DNA of 63,987 nucleotides, counting the filler, from Diploschistes diacapsis (Eukaryota): assembly GCA_023645945.1 (NCBI GenBank). It is 13 parts of 13 records of this genome, joined end to end, with 100 filler letters (N's around TTAATTAATTAA, not from the genome) between each part and the next. Parts side by side here need not be neighbours in the genome. Positions count along the whole stretch, not along the records: positions 9,704 to 12,831 come from JALAIB010001995.1; positions 12,932 to 16,058 come from JALAIB010001996.1; positions 16,159 to 19,284 come from JALAIB010001997.1; positions 19,385 to 22,508 come from JALAIB010001998.1; positions 22,609 to 25,730 come from JALAIB010001999.1; 8 more parts are not named here. The stretch is one strand, 5' to 3'. A program made the translations under genes and the position numbers. Below the pieces are notes generated by a model that did no database searches, had not been told where the DNA came from, and worked only from the letters and a program-made list of their open reading frames with translations. How positions within the stretch are numbered: the first letter of the stretch is position 1; each line of letters starts with the position of its first letter. This document shows positions 11,202-24,034 of the stretch, piece by piece.

Positions 11202-14200
11202 TTTGGCTTCTGACCTTGGTGTTTGCAGGTGTTTGGCAGCGTCTGTGATGTCTACGTCTTCGGTTATTGCCGTCCTCTTCTTCTTCTCCTTCTCCAGTGC
11301 TCGAAATTCCTTTGCAGGCCAGCTACTTCAAAGACCCTGTTTTCTTCACAAAACCTTCTCATTCAGAAAGAAGAAGAAAAGATCAGGTTCAAAAGGCCAG
11401 GCTGCAGCCGATTTATTCTCTTCTTCGCCCACAGGTTTCCACCGTCAGCCAGCCCCCTTTCGAATCCCTCCCCGCTTGCAATCCTGCCATCTCATTGATG
11501 GACCACTCGCACCGCAGAGGCCCCGCCCAAGGGCGCACCCGATCTTTCTTCGGTGGCGGGCCTGCCTGCGCACGCTTTGATCGTAGAGAGGCAGATTACA
11601 TGTCTATTTTGCTCAAAATTCCCAAGTGATTGAGCGAATTCGGTGTGTTGTGTCCACCTAGCTGGCTTGGTACCGTGGGTGGTGACGCTGCGCGGACCAG
11701 ATGTGGGAGGACCCGCAAGCGCTTTGCCTCCCGAAGCAGAGCTCGTGCTTCTCAATGCTCTTTCGTGACGATGATTTCGACTCGAGCGTACTCTGTGCGA
11801 GACCTTCGTATGTTGATGGTCTCTTTGCTTGGCAGTATGCTTAGAATGCAAGTGAGCGGGTGGCGCAGGTGCGACGCGATAGCATCCCTTGTTCAGCTTG
11901 AGGTACACAGTCTCTCTTTCCCCTCTTCCCATCCGCTACTTGCTATCTTTCAGAAAAGGTTGGGTTCTGTTGTAATTATGGTGCTCGTGGTTGGTCGTCT
12001 TACTCGTGGCATATGATATACTGTATCCGGCTCTCAATTCATATTTACCGAGCGTAAAGAACGTCCCTACCTAAAATAAGCAAAGATTCCTCAAAGATCA
12101 CCTCTGCCAAGTTGAAAACCGAATGAAAGACGATGGCAAGAGCATTCAGGACCACGCTGACTACCTCCCATATGCTCGCAACCATTTGGTAAACGGGCAC
12201 GCCTGCCCGGTCCTCAGCCCCAAGGACCTGGGAAGAGTATTCTTTATGTAGTTCGAAGACCCCATCGAGGAGGAGAAGCGTTTGGGTCCAGCACAATCGG
12301 GAAATTGTGGCCGCTCTACTCCCTTCCGAACAAAACCGAGCTAAATTACATTTCGGGCAGGGGGGACGCAACAGAGACCGGATCCAACTTTGGTATCCCG
12401 CCCTCAGCATGCCCCCATATTTTGTGCTTGCAGCTCGGAGGCCACATGCATAAACATACCCACCTCGAAGACACGGTCTCTCGGAAGGGGAGAAGAAAAA
12501 AGGCAGCAGCAGCAGCCATGCCCCATGCTTTGCGCAAAAAAAACGGCCTAAAAACCAACTTTCCACGGCGAGACGGATCGGCTCCAAGGAGCCCGGCGGA
12601 AGTTCCTGCTGCCACAGTCGGAGTCGGGAAACCCCCCCCCCCCCCAAAAAAAAAAACCAAAAAAAATCGAGCGAAAAAGCCGAAAAGCGAAGACTGCACA
12701 TCCCTATCCGAATGTTTTTTTTTTTGGGGCCAACTATCGGGGACCGTATTGGCCCATTGCCGTGCGGGCTGCTGCTTTCTCAGCGTCTTGGTGCTCATGG
12801 CCGCGGATTGCAGCCTGCGCGCTACTACGGGNNNNNNNNNNNNNNNNNNNNNNNNNNNNNNNNNNNNNNNNNNNNTTAATTAATTAANNNNNNNNNNNNN
12901 NNNNNNNNNNNNNNNNNNNNNNNNNNNNNNNACTTTTTATAATTTATATGGATGTATCGGAAATAACACGCTTATAACGCAATATAGCTCGTATATATAA
13001 TATATATTAATTATTATAGGAACTAGATATAAGCTAAATAGCTTAATAAACACACTATATGTAACCGGGGTGGGGATCAGGTGGTGCTCCCGAATCGCCC
13101 AGCCATTTATATGTCCATGCTCGGCCATAATTACTAAAAGCCATGGATTTACGGCTCGCTATTTGTTCTTAAAGTTGAATTATAGAAATGAATAAGATAT
13201 AAAGATAGCTATACGATCTACCCTAAAGAGCACTCTGCCTCACATAATAAACAAGTGCAATGTTCCTTCTTTTTATTCTATTTTTTCATGTGTAAGGCTT
13301 ACCTTCGAAATTCTCCGATAAAATGATCCCTGCCGGTCCTTATTGAACCTTCCTTTTAACTAACAACTCTTTCTAGTGCACGGAAATCATCCTACGATGT
13401 TATTAAATGCGAACTTTATGGCATCCTAAATGGCAAACTTATTCTAAAATTAGCAATCAGGTAGCGGAAGAAGGGCGTCAGTTTCTAATCAACGCCTTTA
13501 TGGCCTTTAAGCATGGATGTGATTAAGAATCGACGATGCTATTTAAAGCTCGTATATACATCTTTAACATCATGTTTAGAGCAAAGGCGATTACGCAGAA
13601 ACTGTCGAGACGGTTAATATCACATAAGCCTTTAATTATTTAGATTATCATTTTACATAAATTATAAACATAGGACTTTATCTTAAAGCTCGAGTATTGT
13701 ATCTTAATCATCGATGGCTGCCTATACTTGTCGATCAGAAAGTAAAATATTGCCACAGCTTCTTCCATATCCGTATAAAGGGTCTTATAAAAAAACTGAT
13801 AGCTCTATCCTATACCATTTAAACTGTCCCGCGCCCCAAAAAGCGAAGCTCCCATCCTTAAACTAAGAAAACGAATACATATTGACGTTATCAACGATAA
13901 TAGTTTAGCGCTAACTATCAAGTACTTTTATTCACAATGAATAAGCCCCCATCTGATAAAATAGGTCTTAGAACTTTACATTATATGCTATTTTTAGGAC
14001 TTAGCATCTACAGTATTCCAACCAGACGTACCGGGTGAAACCAGTCGGCGCTCAAGAGAGTGATTAACGCGTTATGTGAATATAATTCTAGTCGAGCCTC
14101 TGTAAGAATATACTCAGACTAGGCATCTAGATCGTCTTATAGCGATGAATCGAGCCTATGCATTATCTATTTCTCGCACAGAGCCATGATTTTAAGATTC

Positions 14201-14450
14201 AAAAATTCTACCCTCAACTTTCAGTAGCTCTATACAGTGGTCTTCTTATAAGAAGCATGTATTCTAGTAATACTAACAATCTAAAATAATATTATTAACA
14301 GGAGAAAAGAGATCTATATAATGAAAGCATATAGGAAGCCAGGCATCGTAATTTAATATACATAGTAGCCATAAGGAAACAGACGACCAAGAAAGAATCG
14401 CTGACCCATGGCAGGCGATATAAAAATTTTAAAAGAGAAAAACTTATGTA

Positions 14451-14530
14451 ACCTGTTTAACGGTCATCTCGGCCACCCCCCCATCTCGGCCACCTTAAAT
14501 TATTACCGTCAATATTTTATGTTTTTTAGA
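14451..14530. mobile_element. Fot1/pogo-type TIR, interrupted by a second element
   Basis: TA|ACCTGTTTAACGGTCATCTCGGCCACCCCCCCATCTCGGCCACCTTAAAT has the same architecture as the other TIRs. Confidence 0.7.
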
Positions 14531-14532
14531 TA

Positions 14533-16058
14533 ACGTGTTTCACGGTCAGCTCGACCACCCCCAAAGCTCGCCTACCTCAAATCACTACCGCTAAAATTCT
14601 ACTATTTTTAGATACAACCTATTCGTCGCAATCAAAATCTAATCGATCAAAATCGAATCTATTTTCTTCCTTTTTATCCTTCTCGATTTCAGAAACGAGA
14701 CGACGTTTTTTACGCTTTATAAATCGTTTCGAAACTATCCGACTCGATTTAACCCGAATTACTATTTTAAGAACTTCGTCTATATTAAACATAAAACGAT
14801 TTTTTCACTCGATTCGTTTATCTAATTTACGTTTTTTACGATTATTAAGAAGTATTTTTTATTCTCGGTTTTTTTACGAAACGTTATAAACTTAATATAC
14901 GTCGATTTAAGCATACGGATTATTTAATTCGAATAACGTTAAATCGAATTAATTAATTCTAAAACGATTCGTAACGTTTAATTAATTTTTTTATTAATCT
15001 TTCGTAATTTGGTCGTATTTAATAAAGAATTATATAATAAAAATAAATCTAAATCGAATTAATTCGAGATTGAAAAAGGGTTGTAAAATAGAAGTAAAAA
15101 GATTCGGTAGGTCGAATAAAGCTTGTTAAACACGGTTATAAAATTAATAGATTATAATCTAATATTTATAAAATCTGTCTAAACGTTTCGATTCGTAATA
15201 GCTCGATTCCGAGCTATTAAAAATAATTCGACTTATTCCGAGCGTATTATACGCGATCTATTTAGTCGAGTAATATAATCCGTTTCTTACGCCAACGCGT
15301 TTTTCAACGGCGAAAACACTGCGATATCGAATAATTAAAAAAAATAAAAACTATACGATAATAATATTATCAAATCGATTCGATTAGATATATAAAAACG
15401 AATAATATTGGCGATAATATAGCTATTATAACCGTTTATAATTAATAAACGACGCGTTTCGGGTCTATTCGGTCTGATTAAAAGTTTAAAAATACGTATA
15501 AATTATTAATATCCGTATTTATTTATTATTCATTTTTTATTATTAATATTAAATAATTAGTTTCGAGACGTTTCGACAGAAATTTAGCTAGTATTGATAT
15601 GTAATATTTTAAAAATAATTATAGGCGGTAATATCCCGCTAATAACTAAAATATATTCGATCGTAATTACTTATTTTTGTTTTTTTTAATAATCTTTTAA
15701 TTCGAGTCTATTCAACTCGAAACGAAAGTTTTAAAAAAAGAATTATTATTAATATTAAAACTTAATTCGTTTATATTATAAATATATTCGGGCGCGTATT
15801 GTTTCTTATTATATTAAATTATTATTATATCGAACTACCGTTATATAACCTCGTAATTTATTGTATTAAATTTATTCGACTCGATCTATCTCGTTTAAAT
15901 ATTAGTAATTTTAAGAAATCGTTTACGAAATCGCGATATTAAATTTTTATCGATAAATTAAAGATTCGTGATTATGATTTTTAGATTCGAATCGAATTGA
16001 ATTTTTTCGCGTCGAATCTTTTCGGCCATTTCTATTATTAACGTAGACGATGTAGGAA
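14533..16058 (-). mobile_element. RIP-degraded Fot1/pogo DNA transposon (DDE_1 transposase remnant)
   Basis: TIR TA|ACGTGTTTCACGG at 14533. The minus strand near 15680-15590 reads VITIEYILVISGILPPIIIFK, matching the pogo WVT.IECI..SG..LPP.IIFKG motif. Extremely AT-rich. Confidence 0.8.
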
Positions 16059-16158
16059 NNNNNNNNNNNNNNNNNNNNNNNNNNNNNNNNNNNNNNNNNN
16101 NNTTAATTAATTAANNNNNNNNNNNNNNNNNNNNNNNNNNNNNNNNNNNNNNNNNNNN

Positions 16159-16608
16159 AATTAATATATAAATTAAAAATATTTCTAAATTAACGTATAA
16201 AATAATAATTCTTAAAATCGAGGTTAAGATACTTCGTATGATAAATAAAATATTTAATATATAAACAAAGATTAAAAAACGCGCGTACGAATTAAAAGAT
16301 CATTTAACGTATTAGAAAGAATCGTATTATAATCTTTAAAGATCGAAATTCGTATAAAAAAATGAATATATCTAAAAATAAAGATCGTACGAAGGAAATC
16401 GAATTACGCGTACGATATTATAATAAATATAATTAATCCGGGTATAATACGCGAACTTACGTAATAGAATTTATAACTACTAAAAAAGATATTAATAATT
16501 AATATAATAAATTATCGTACGAATTAATTGCGTAAATATAGTTACAACTCGTATAAATCGAGAAGGGTGTCCGCTCGCTATAAGTGTCCGCTCGCTATAC
16601 ATATACGT
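16159..16608 (+). mobile_element. 3' end of a RIP-degraded Fot1/pogo transposon (family A)
   Basis: Degenerate C-terminal zinc knuckle (back-mutates to C..C.QSGHNARTC, about 16415-16460). TIR GTGTCCGCTCGCTATAAGTGTCCGCTCGCTATACATATACGT|TA. Confidence 0.72.
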
Positions 16609-16610
16609 TA

Positions 16611-16700
16611 ATCATTATTGAGAAAGATCGAATATAAGATGAAAATAATGATTTGAAGTGGCCGGAATCTGGGGGTGGCCGGAATCCCCGTGAAACACGT
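16611..16700. mobile_element. Fot1/pogo TIR (family B)
   Basis: GTGGCCGGAATCTGGGGGTGGCCGGAATCCCCGTGAAACACGT|TA matches 3007-3070 in reverse complement. Confidence 0.8.
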
Positions 16701-16889
16701 TAAACAAATATAACTAAAAAAATAAGGTACTTATAAATATATAATGATTTTATATAAAATAAAAATACCTACTTTCTTTAATACGCTAGTGTAAGAATCA
16801 AAAAGATCTCGGTCGGAATAACTACTCTACATAATTTAGTTAAGAGAAAGAGAGATCGCGCGGAATTTTGCGCCCCTGGTGATACAATA

Positions 16890-17537
16890 CAGTACGTTGC
16901 AGAAGTTGTCAAAGTGTCAAGCAAAATGGCTATAAAAATCAATTTTTAGATATAAAACAGGTATCACAGCCAATTTAAAGTAACAAAACTTGTATTATAG
17001 ATTCTTTTAGTCCTGGCCTATCTTGCTATACTATATATTTGCTATGGAGACCCTTGAACGCTAAGTAAAATCGAATGCGACGGTGTTAAAAGCACCCCCG
17101 AAGCGACAGTGAGCCAAAACGTCGTTAAAAGATCGATTAAAGCTGCCAATAGCTAACTGTAATCGCGATAATATTATAAATAAGCTGTCGAAATTGTATT
17201 TGAAGATCCTTCTTTTTTAATCGAGACGCAACGTTACGCTCGGCGACGACGATAGCGAGTTTCTTTCGATCGTAAAGGAATTCGGCTATGTCGAAGAAAT
17301 CGGCCTATACGAGATGATTAATAGAGCTCTAAAGGGACGAAGCAGACAAGACCTTATTATACCAAACGTCTGCGTTAGCAACAGACGAGATTCGCGCCAG
17401 CGATTGTTATAAAATAAAGCTTCAAACGCTTGAAAAGTGCTTCAAAATCAGTATGGGAGAACTAACTATTTATTTCGGAAAAACGTGCCAAGACGCCAAG
17501 ACGCCAAGACGATTCTATTAACTTTTGCAACGTACTA
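16890..17537. mobile_element. Complete non-autonomous Tc1/mariner-like element (648 bp) with TA target duplication
   Basis: TA|CAGTACGTTGCAGAAGTT ... AACTTTTGCAACGTACTA|TA. A short degenerate minus-strand stretch (ADFFDIAEFLYDR..IVVAERNVASRLKK) resembles a Tc1/IS630 HTH (inference). Confidence 0.82.
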
Positions 17538-17660
17538 TAATCGAAAGATACATATGGTGAAGGTATTACTCGCACGACTCTGCTTTCAATTCAGAGGCTT
17601 GATCAGCTTCGAGCTTACCACACGGCAGCAATCTTCCCCTGTTCGGTCGATCAAACCAGT

Positions 17661-18458
17661 ATGAGACTTGGACTACCCTCAACATGGAACTATTGCTCTA
17701 GCTTCCTAGCAGCTACGATATCCACTCGTACGCTAATTATCTTATATGACCATGCTGATACTCATACGTATGCTCAGGACCACAACACGCGTATTTTGCA
17801 TTCTCTGCTTCAGCAAGCGCTCGCCTCTTCTCTTCAACGGCACGACCCCTTAGCTGGCTACAGCCGAAACGTGGCCATAAATCAAAGTCACGAAAAGGCC
17901 GGCCTCGCGTTGCTACGGGAGGCAGCACCCGCGGTACTACTGTCGTGTGGGGAGACTGGGGCTTACGCATGAAAGATCACGATCGCCGCGTGTCAGCCAC
18001 TCAACTCTCAATAGGTGCAGAAACCATCAAAAGGCGCTTGCGTGGGCTCAAGTACAGACTGTACCCAAGAGTTTGTGCCAATATCGGCGTTTATACGAGT
18101 GGAAACGAGCTTCGTATGGGCAAGGGAAAGGGCAGCTTCGATTACTGGGCGAGCAGAGTTGCCGTGAGCAAGATTATATTTGAAGTCAAGGGTGAGCTCC
18201 ATGAGAAAGTTGTGAGGGACGCTTTTCGATTAGCAGCAAGCAAGATGCCAGGTATGTGGCTCTCTATCGGCTAATATTCAACACGAGCTAAAGCATTCCC
18301 CAGGACAATACGAGTTTGTGAGAAAGGGAGACCCGCCAGTGATGGGAATCACGAAAGTCATGCACGGATTGAGCTTGGGGAATGCTGAAGAGTTAGGCAT
18401 TGCCTCCCCATCCATAGATACGACTGCCCTTCGATTAAGCGCATCCACACCACCATGA
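17661..18458 (+). CDS. MRPL16: Mitochondrial 54S ribosomal protein L16 (uL16m), 3 exons
   Basis: KSRKGRPRVATGGSTRGTTVVWGDWGLRMKDHDRRVSA..., RMGKGKGSFDYWASRVAVSKIIFE, AFRLAASKMPG|QYEFVRKGDPPVMGITK. Confidence 0.94.
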
Positions 18459-18503
18459 AAGGTACTATTTTCTCCATCCATGTCCTCAATACAAGGGACT
18501 TGT

Positions 18504-18745
18504 TCAAGCGCCAACGCCTGAGCCTTCCCCGTACCTTTGCTCACGGCGAGTCTCTTCTGCTGCTTGCTCCTTTGAGGCCTCAGAGTCCGTGCTTCCACTT
18601 ATCTCCGTCGTTTTGCCCGAGTACCCTTGCTCTGAGATAGTCTGACCATATCTCACTTTTGCGGCCGTTTTCTCTCCTCGTTCGCTCATCTCCCTCTCCG
18701 CCTGGTCTTCGGCTTCAGTTGGGCCTGACCGACCTGCCCAGGCAT
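18504..18745 (-). CDS. Small hydrophilic hypothetical protein (start uncertain)
   Basis: EDQAEREMSERGEKTAAKVRYGQTISEQGYSGKTT...RREQRYGEGSGVGA* resembles small ascomycete hypothetical proteins ending in GYG.GSGVGA (from recall, unverified). Confidence 0.55.
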
Positions 18746-19384
18746 TTATTATGATAATGAAACATTGAGCGAGTGGAATACCTCCAAGGACACCTTGCTC
18801 CTTCAAGTGCGGGTGAATCGTTTTAATCCCTTCATACCTAACACACTTCAGCAAGTAACGGCAGCGGCCTGCAAAATCTAGTCGCGTACTGTGTCTGCTC
18901 CCCACCAGGCTCGATATCCATCAAATTGGACGACATTTTTCAAGGTTCCGTAATCGGAAGAACCTTTTAATTGGGTTGCTGCTAAAGCGTTTTTGTAGGG
19001 ATGTTGTTGTAAACTTTGGTCCTTTACATGAGCCACTCAAACTATGGCATGATATGTGGGTATGTGCTATTCTGCCTACTGTAAAATTGTGTAACATATT
19101 TGGTGGCGCCCTAGTGATGCATTCTGTTTAACTCGCTGTGGCTCTGTTAGGTATTTAGATCTTTATATAATTTATATATAAATGTATATCACTTATAGAA
19201 ATACGTAAAACTATATAAAATTAAATATAAAAAGAATATAATTTTATTATTATCGTGTCTATAATAATTTATAAAGTAAATTATNNNNNNNNNNNNNNNN
19301 NNNNNNNNNNNNNNNNNNNNNNNNNNNNTTAATTAATTAANNNNNNNNNNNNNNNNNNNNNNNNNNNNNNNNNNNNNNNNNNNN

Positions 19385-21455
19385 GAGAAATTTAATTCTA
19401 AATGCTTTTTCAAGATTAATTTCGAGGGAATATTAAATCGAGTTTAACGAAGGAATACTAGACGTCTTTTGGAATAATATCGAGGTCAGAATTTATCTAA
19501 TTATAGTCGTACGAATGTCGTAAGGTTTAAAGAATTTATTTAAAATTAAATACGAAGAACTTAGATAACAAAGAGTTTTAATAAAGGTATAAGAGAATTA
19601 GGAGTTTAGAGAAGATATAATACGGCTTCTTTTTAAGCTGGTAAACGGAATTTTTTATTTCGACGATTTAGAAGCCGGGTATAGATTTTATATATTTACG
19701 ATATTAAAGCAAAGATTCTTTATATAAGTTTATGATACGAATAGGTACTTAGGTTACGCGCGCTCGTATGAGAAACTAATAGAACAATTTTATATCTGGA
19801 ATCTAGCGAAGAAGCTTCGTGAGTACATTCGATTCTGTCCTTACTGCCAGACGAATAAAACGCCTAAACATAGGTCTTACGGATACTTATAATTCATCCC
19901 GTCGCCTGCCAGACCATTCCATATGCTCACTATAGATTTCATCCTGGCCTTGCCGAAGACTGCAGTTAATTACGACATTATTATGTCGATTATCGACAAG
20001 TTTATTAAAGCGATATTACTGATACCGGGCAAGAAGAATTAATCCGTAAACGCCTGGGTAATAGTATTAATCAATAGGCTGAGGTTAATTAATTAAAGCT
20101 TATCGCGTGTCGTTATATCGGATCGAAACCCTAAATTTGTGTTTAATTTATAAAAAGTAATCTTTGATAAATTAAACATCACAGGATTCGCCTTTATTAC
20201 CTATTATCCCTAAATAGATGGCATGTCCGAACGCATTAATCAGATAATAGAGATTATATTAAAATATTACATTAATTAATTCTAGAACGAGCGTAATTAG
20301 ATTCTTGAACTTGCGCGTATTCAGTTTATTATCAATAATTTTACGAACCTCAACATTACTCGATTGAACCCTTCTGAAATCCTTTATGGATTTTGTTTAC
20401 GAGAACTTTTAAATCTGATCGTTTTAGAATTATAAATAGATCCATCCGAGTTAGAATCATTAGTTAACGATAGAATATATATAGAATATGCAGCTTCGGA
20501 TACGAACCTGTTTATAACAGATATATACCCTACGATACGAAACCAGATAACTACATAATCGAAACGAGTACCTAATATAGAAGTACGGATACCTGCAAGA
20601 GCAAGAAAGATATATACATTTGCGACAGAAATATTTAAGATAAATAAAAGTAATACTCCGCGAGACATACCTGCAGTTCAGGATGATCTGAATGATAGAG
20701 GACATTTTTCGGAAAGAGCATCAGCTTCAGCAACCACGCCGGCTCCAGACACAGACCGACGAGATCAAGTATTTGCAAACGAATTAATATTAATATCTGA
20801 AGCTTACGATGTAGTATTTACTTAATATATTCGAGATGTATAATTACGAGAATAATAGTATAAACGTCGTGAGATTGTTAAGTTGGTTAGACCACGCTTA
20901 GAGATGATAGACGTTAAGGACGTATTAATTATGATTAAGATTATTATAAAGGAAACTTACGATAAACGTTATAAGGCCTGCTTTATGAAAGTTAGAGATT
21001 TTGCGATGTTACGTCTATATCGGAAATATAAGCTATTTATCGCAGTTAATGTCAAGCTTTTCGTTTAGCTTGCTAGATCCTTCAAGATCTTAAAACGTAT
21101 TGGTAAGTTAGTTTATAAATTATAACTATCGGATTATTATTATATTTACGATGTTATTAATATTGCGTACCTCGAGCCGGTATTAGACTCAGTTAGTAAC
21201 TTTTATCACCGACGATCTTTGTCGTCACTATCTATAACGATCGGGATCGACGAGGAGTACGAGATAGAACGATTATTAATTAAGCGTCGGATACGTAAGA
21301 GACGTAGATAAAGTACGTAGTATTTGATTCGATGGTTAGGATATGATATTATTGATAATATATGGATCATCGAGCGAGAATTATAGCGATATTTAACAAA
21401 CCGGATCGCCGAGTTTAAAGCGAGATATAATACCGCCGTGGATATAGGATTATAA
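19385..21455 (+). mobile_element. RIP-degraded Ty3/Gypsy chromovirus pol 3' part (integrase + chromodomain)
   Basis: LGYARSYEKL..FYIWNLAKKLREYIRFCPYCQ (HHCC zinc finger), PFHMLTIDFILALP, VISDRNPKF and DGMSERINQ (DDE core), FKILKRIGKLVYKL, then EEYEIERLL...YLIRWLGY (chromodomain). Confidence 0.92.
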
Positions 21456-21728
21456 GGGGTATAAGATTAAGGTTATGTCTACGAATTAGAAATAAGCTTG
21501 ATGGAAAAGTAGAATTGCTTTAAGGATAAGAAAAAAGGAAGTAATATAAGAGATATTACTAGGATGTTTTAGGATTAAATGTCGAGAATTTATCTCGTTT
21601 ATTTGGTATCTGTTTGGGACATTATTTATATGGATATAAATATTTTATGTCGATGGATATTATAATAGCTGTTATAGCTATTAACTGTTGTTATTGCTAC
21701 TGCTACTGCTACTATTACCAGGGGGAGA

Positions 21729-21980
21729 TGTCGCTTGCACTTGCACTTACTGGTATCGTTAGTAACGCCATGGTGAATGCCACTGGGCATCCACCCATCT
21801 ACTATAGCTATGGGCACCCACCTACCTATTGTAGCTATAAGGGCTCGCTGCCTTCAGTAGCTTTTGAAATCCATCTTCTATACACACTACAATTTGACTA
21901 TAAATTAACATTTAATAGCAACGAATGTTCGATCAATTCCCAGAACGTCTTTAAAACTCCAGCAACAAGTTTTTGTCTGT
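21729..21980 (+). repeat. Possible 3' LTR of the Gypsy element
   Basis: Purine tract AGGGGGAGA precedes TG at 21729. Less-mutated sequence with a 27-bp imperfect tandem repeat (GGGCA.CCACC...TAGCTAT). Right end uncertain. Confidence 0.35.
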
Positions 21981-22608
21981 ACTAATCCTCTTTAATAAAC
22001 TAGAATTCATATTAAAGCTTAGTTTTTATGAACTTCCCTATCCCTCTATCTACAACTACCAGAGCCTGGTTCTGTGTATTACTTTATTCTCTTATCCTTT
22101 CTCTAACTAAATTATAATTAAGTTCTAATTAAATATGTCGACCTAGTTCTCGGTCCTTCCTTTATTAATTTAAAGCTAGTTTAAAGTTATCTACTATTAC
22201 CTGGTATCTCGGAAGATACTTTGATTAAGATTTCTTAAATCTACTTTATTTAGAAGCAGAGAATACCGAGAGCAAATTTACTTATAGCCCGTATTAAGTC
22301 TTATCCGGAAAATAGCTTTCTAAACTAGTTATCTCGGTAAGAAGTTTCTATATTAGAACAGTTAATTAAAGAATAGCGAGATAACTTCCTTTTAAAAGTT
22401 TTATAATTATTATATTATACCTAAGCTAAAAACTAGTTCTAGAATTCGGAAAATTATTTATCGATTTTTTAATAAATCGTCCGTAATTACGAGCATTTTC
22501 TATTAATANNNNNNNNNNNNNNNNNNNNNNNNNNNNNNNNNNNNNNNNNNNNTTAATTAATTAANNNNNNNNNNNNNNNNNNNNNNNNNNNNNNNNNNNN
22601 NNNNNNNN

Positions 22609-23948
22609 ATTTTTATTTATTTATCGATTATTTAATCGTTCGAATAATATTTCGACGAAAGTTATTCGATTAATTGAATCTTCGTTTATAAAAGTTTCTA
22701 TATAGTTAAACGCTGTTTTCTTAAAACGAAAGATTATATACGTTATTTAATCGTCAGTTCCGTTAAATCGGTTATCGTTCATTTTTAGCTTATTTTTGAT
22801 TAGACGATGTTATTGTTTGTAACTAGGGCTTTCTTTAGGATCTGTTGCAAACTGGGGTGGGTTTAGTAATTTATACGAGAAGAAGCGTCCCCCGTTATTA
22901 ATTTTAATGGCTGGATTCGTGGATTCTCGTCGGTTCCGTAGTTCTTCGATCGTTACTCGTAGATCGATGTTTTCGTCGGTTAAGCGGGCCCGGGTCCTTT
23001 ATTTTCTATTTAATAGTTGTTTTAGTTCGTTTTTTTAGCTAAATCTTTCTCGAATTGTTATTGGAATCGTTGAATTTTTCGTTCGTTTTATTGGTTCGTT
23101 TCTTTTACGGTTATTATGTAGGTACGAACTGATTCTATTAATTTAATTAATTTATTTTTAATTCGTTAATGGATTTTTTCTATTCGTTTTTACGATTGTA
23201 GATTTATCACGTTTTCGGTAATTATATCTTAATTAACCGGTTCTTTCGTTAGGTTTTTAAACGAGGATCTTTTTCGTTTAATATTATCACGGGGACCTGA
23301 TTGAACTCGTCTCGGTACTAATTTTTCGCTAATATTAAATCCTTCGAAGATCTCTAGCGTTAATAATTATTATAACGCGGAATATTTTATAGATTGTTCT
23401 TTAATTAGTGATTTATTTATTAAATCGTACTTTTCAACCGATAGCATCTCGGTTAATTTTTTAAAAAACGGAAATATTATCGATTCTTTCCTTCTCTTTT
23501 AATCCTTTTTATTAGCGAGAATTATTATTTATAATAAGTCGGCGGGTAATATTTTCGAATTCCGGTTATCGTAAACTCACTCGAATACTTAATTCGATTA
23601 ACGTTTTAAACTCTCGTCACGAGTACGAAAATAAAATAAACTTTTCGAATATGAAACGCTAGCGCAGAAATAGAATATTATACTATTAAAAACTAGGCCT
23701 GATCCGGAAGGATTACGTGTAATTAAGCATTTACAAATAAAAAGTCTCGATTCGAAAAGTTAAAAAAGAAACTATCTAAATGGGAGAATAATAGGAATAA
23801 ATAATATATAGGTGCCAGCCCTACGTGGTTCGGGTTCTACCCGCCTACACAGCCACCCCCTAACATCGTTGGCACGGTTGGTACCCGTCATGTGACCCTG
23901 CCGTCACGTGACCCCGGTGGCTTGGCACGCCTGGGCTGATCTGTCTCA
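22609..23948 (-). mobile_element. RIP-degraded LTR retrotransposon 5' end (LTR ~23652-23948 plus gag-like remnant)
   Basis: The minus strand begins TGAGACA with GTCACGTGAC/GTCACATGAC motifs and a TATA-rich stretch, ends about TTTCA, and is followed by degenerate AT-rich coding-like sequence. Confidence 0.5.
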
Positions 23949-24034
23949 ATATAATTAATTTAATACGCGTAACTCGAAATACGCGGCCGGTCGGACCATA
24001 ATAAGTATAAAATTTCGTACGAAGGTAAAAAATG

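Noticed and set aside
12045..12831. Long overlapping ORFs (218, 192 and 150 aa)
   Set aside because: Driven by homopolymer runs (C13, A11, T-runs) near a contig end. Probably low-quality sequence, with no recognisable domain.
20384..21068. Short ORFs within the AT-rich contig
   Set aside because: Fragments or antisense frames of the RIPed Gypsy pol region.
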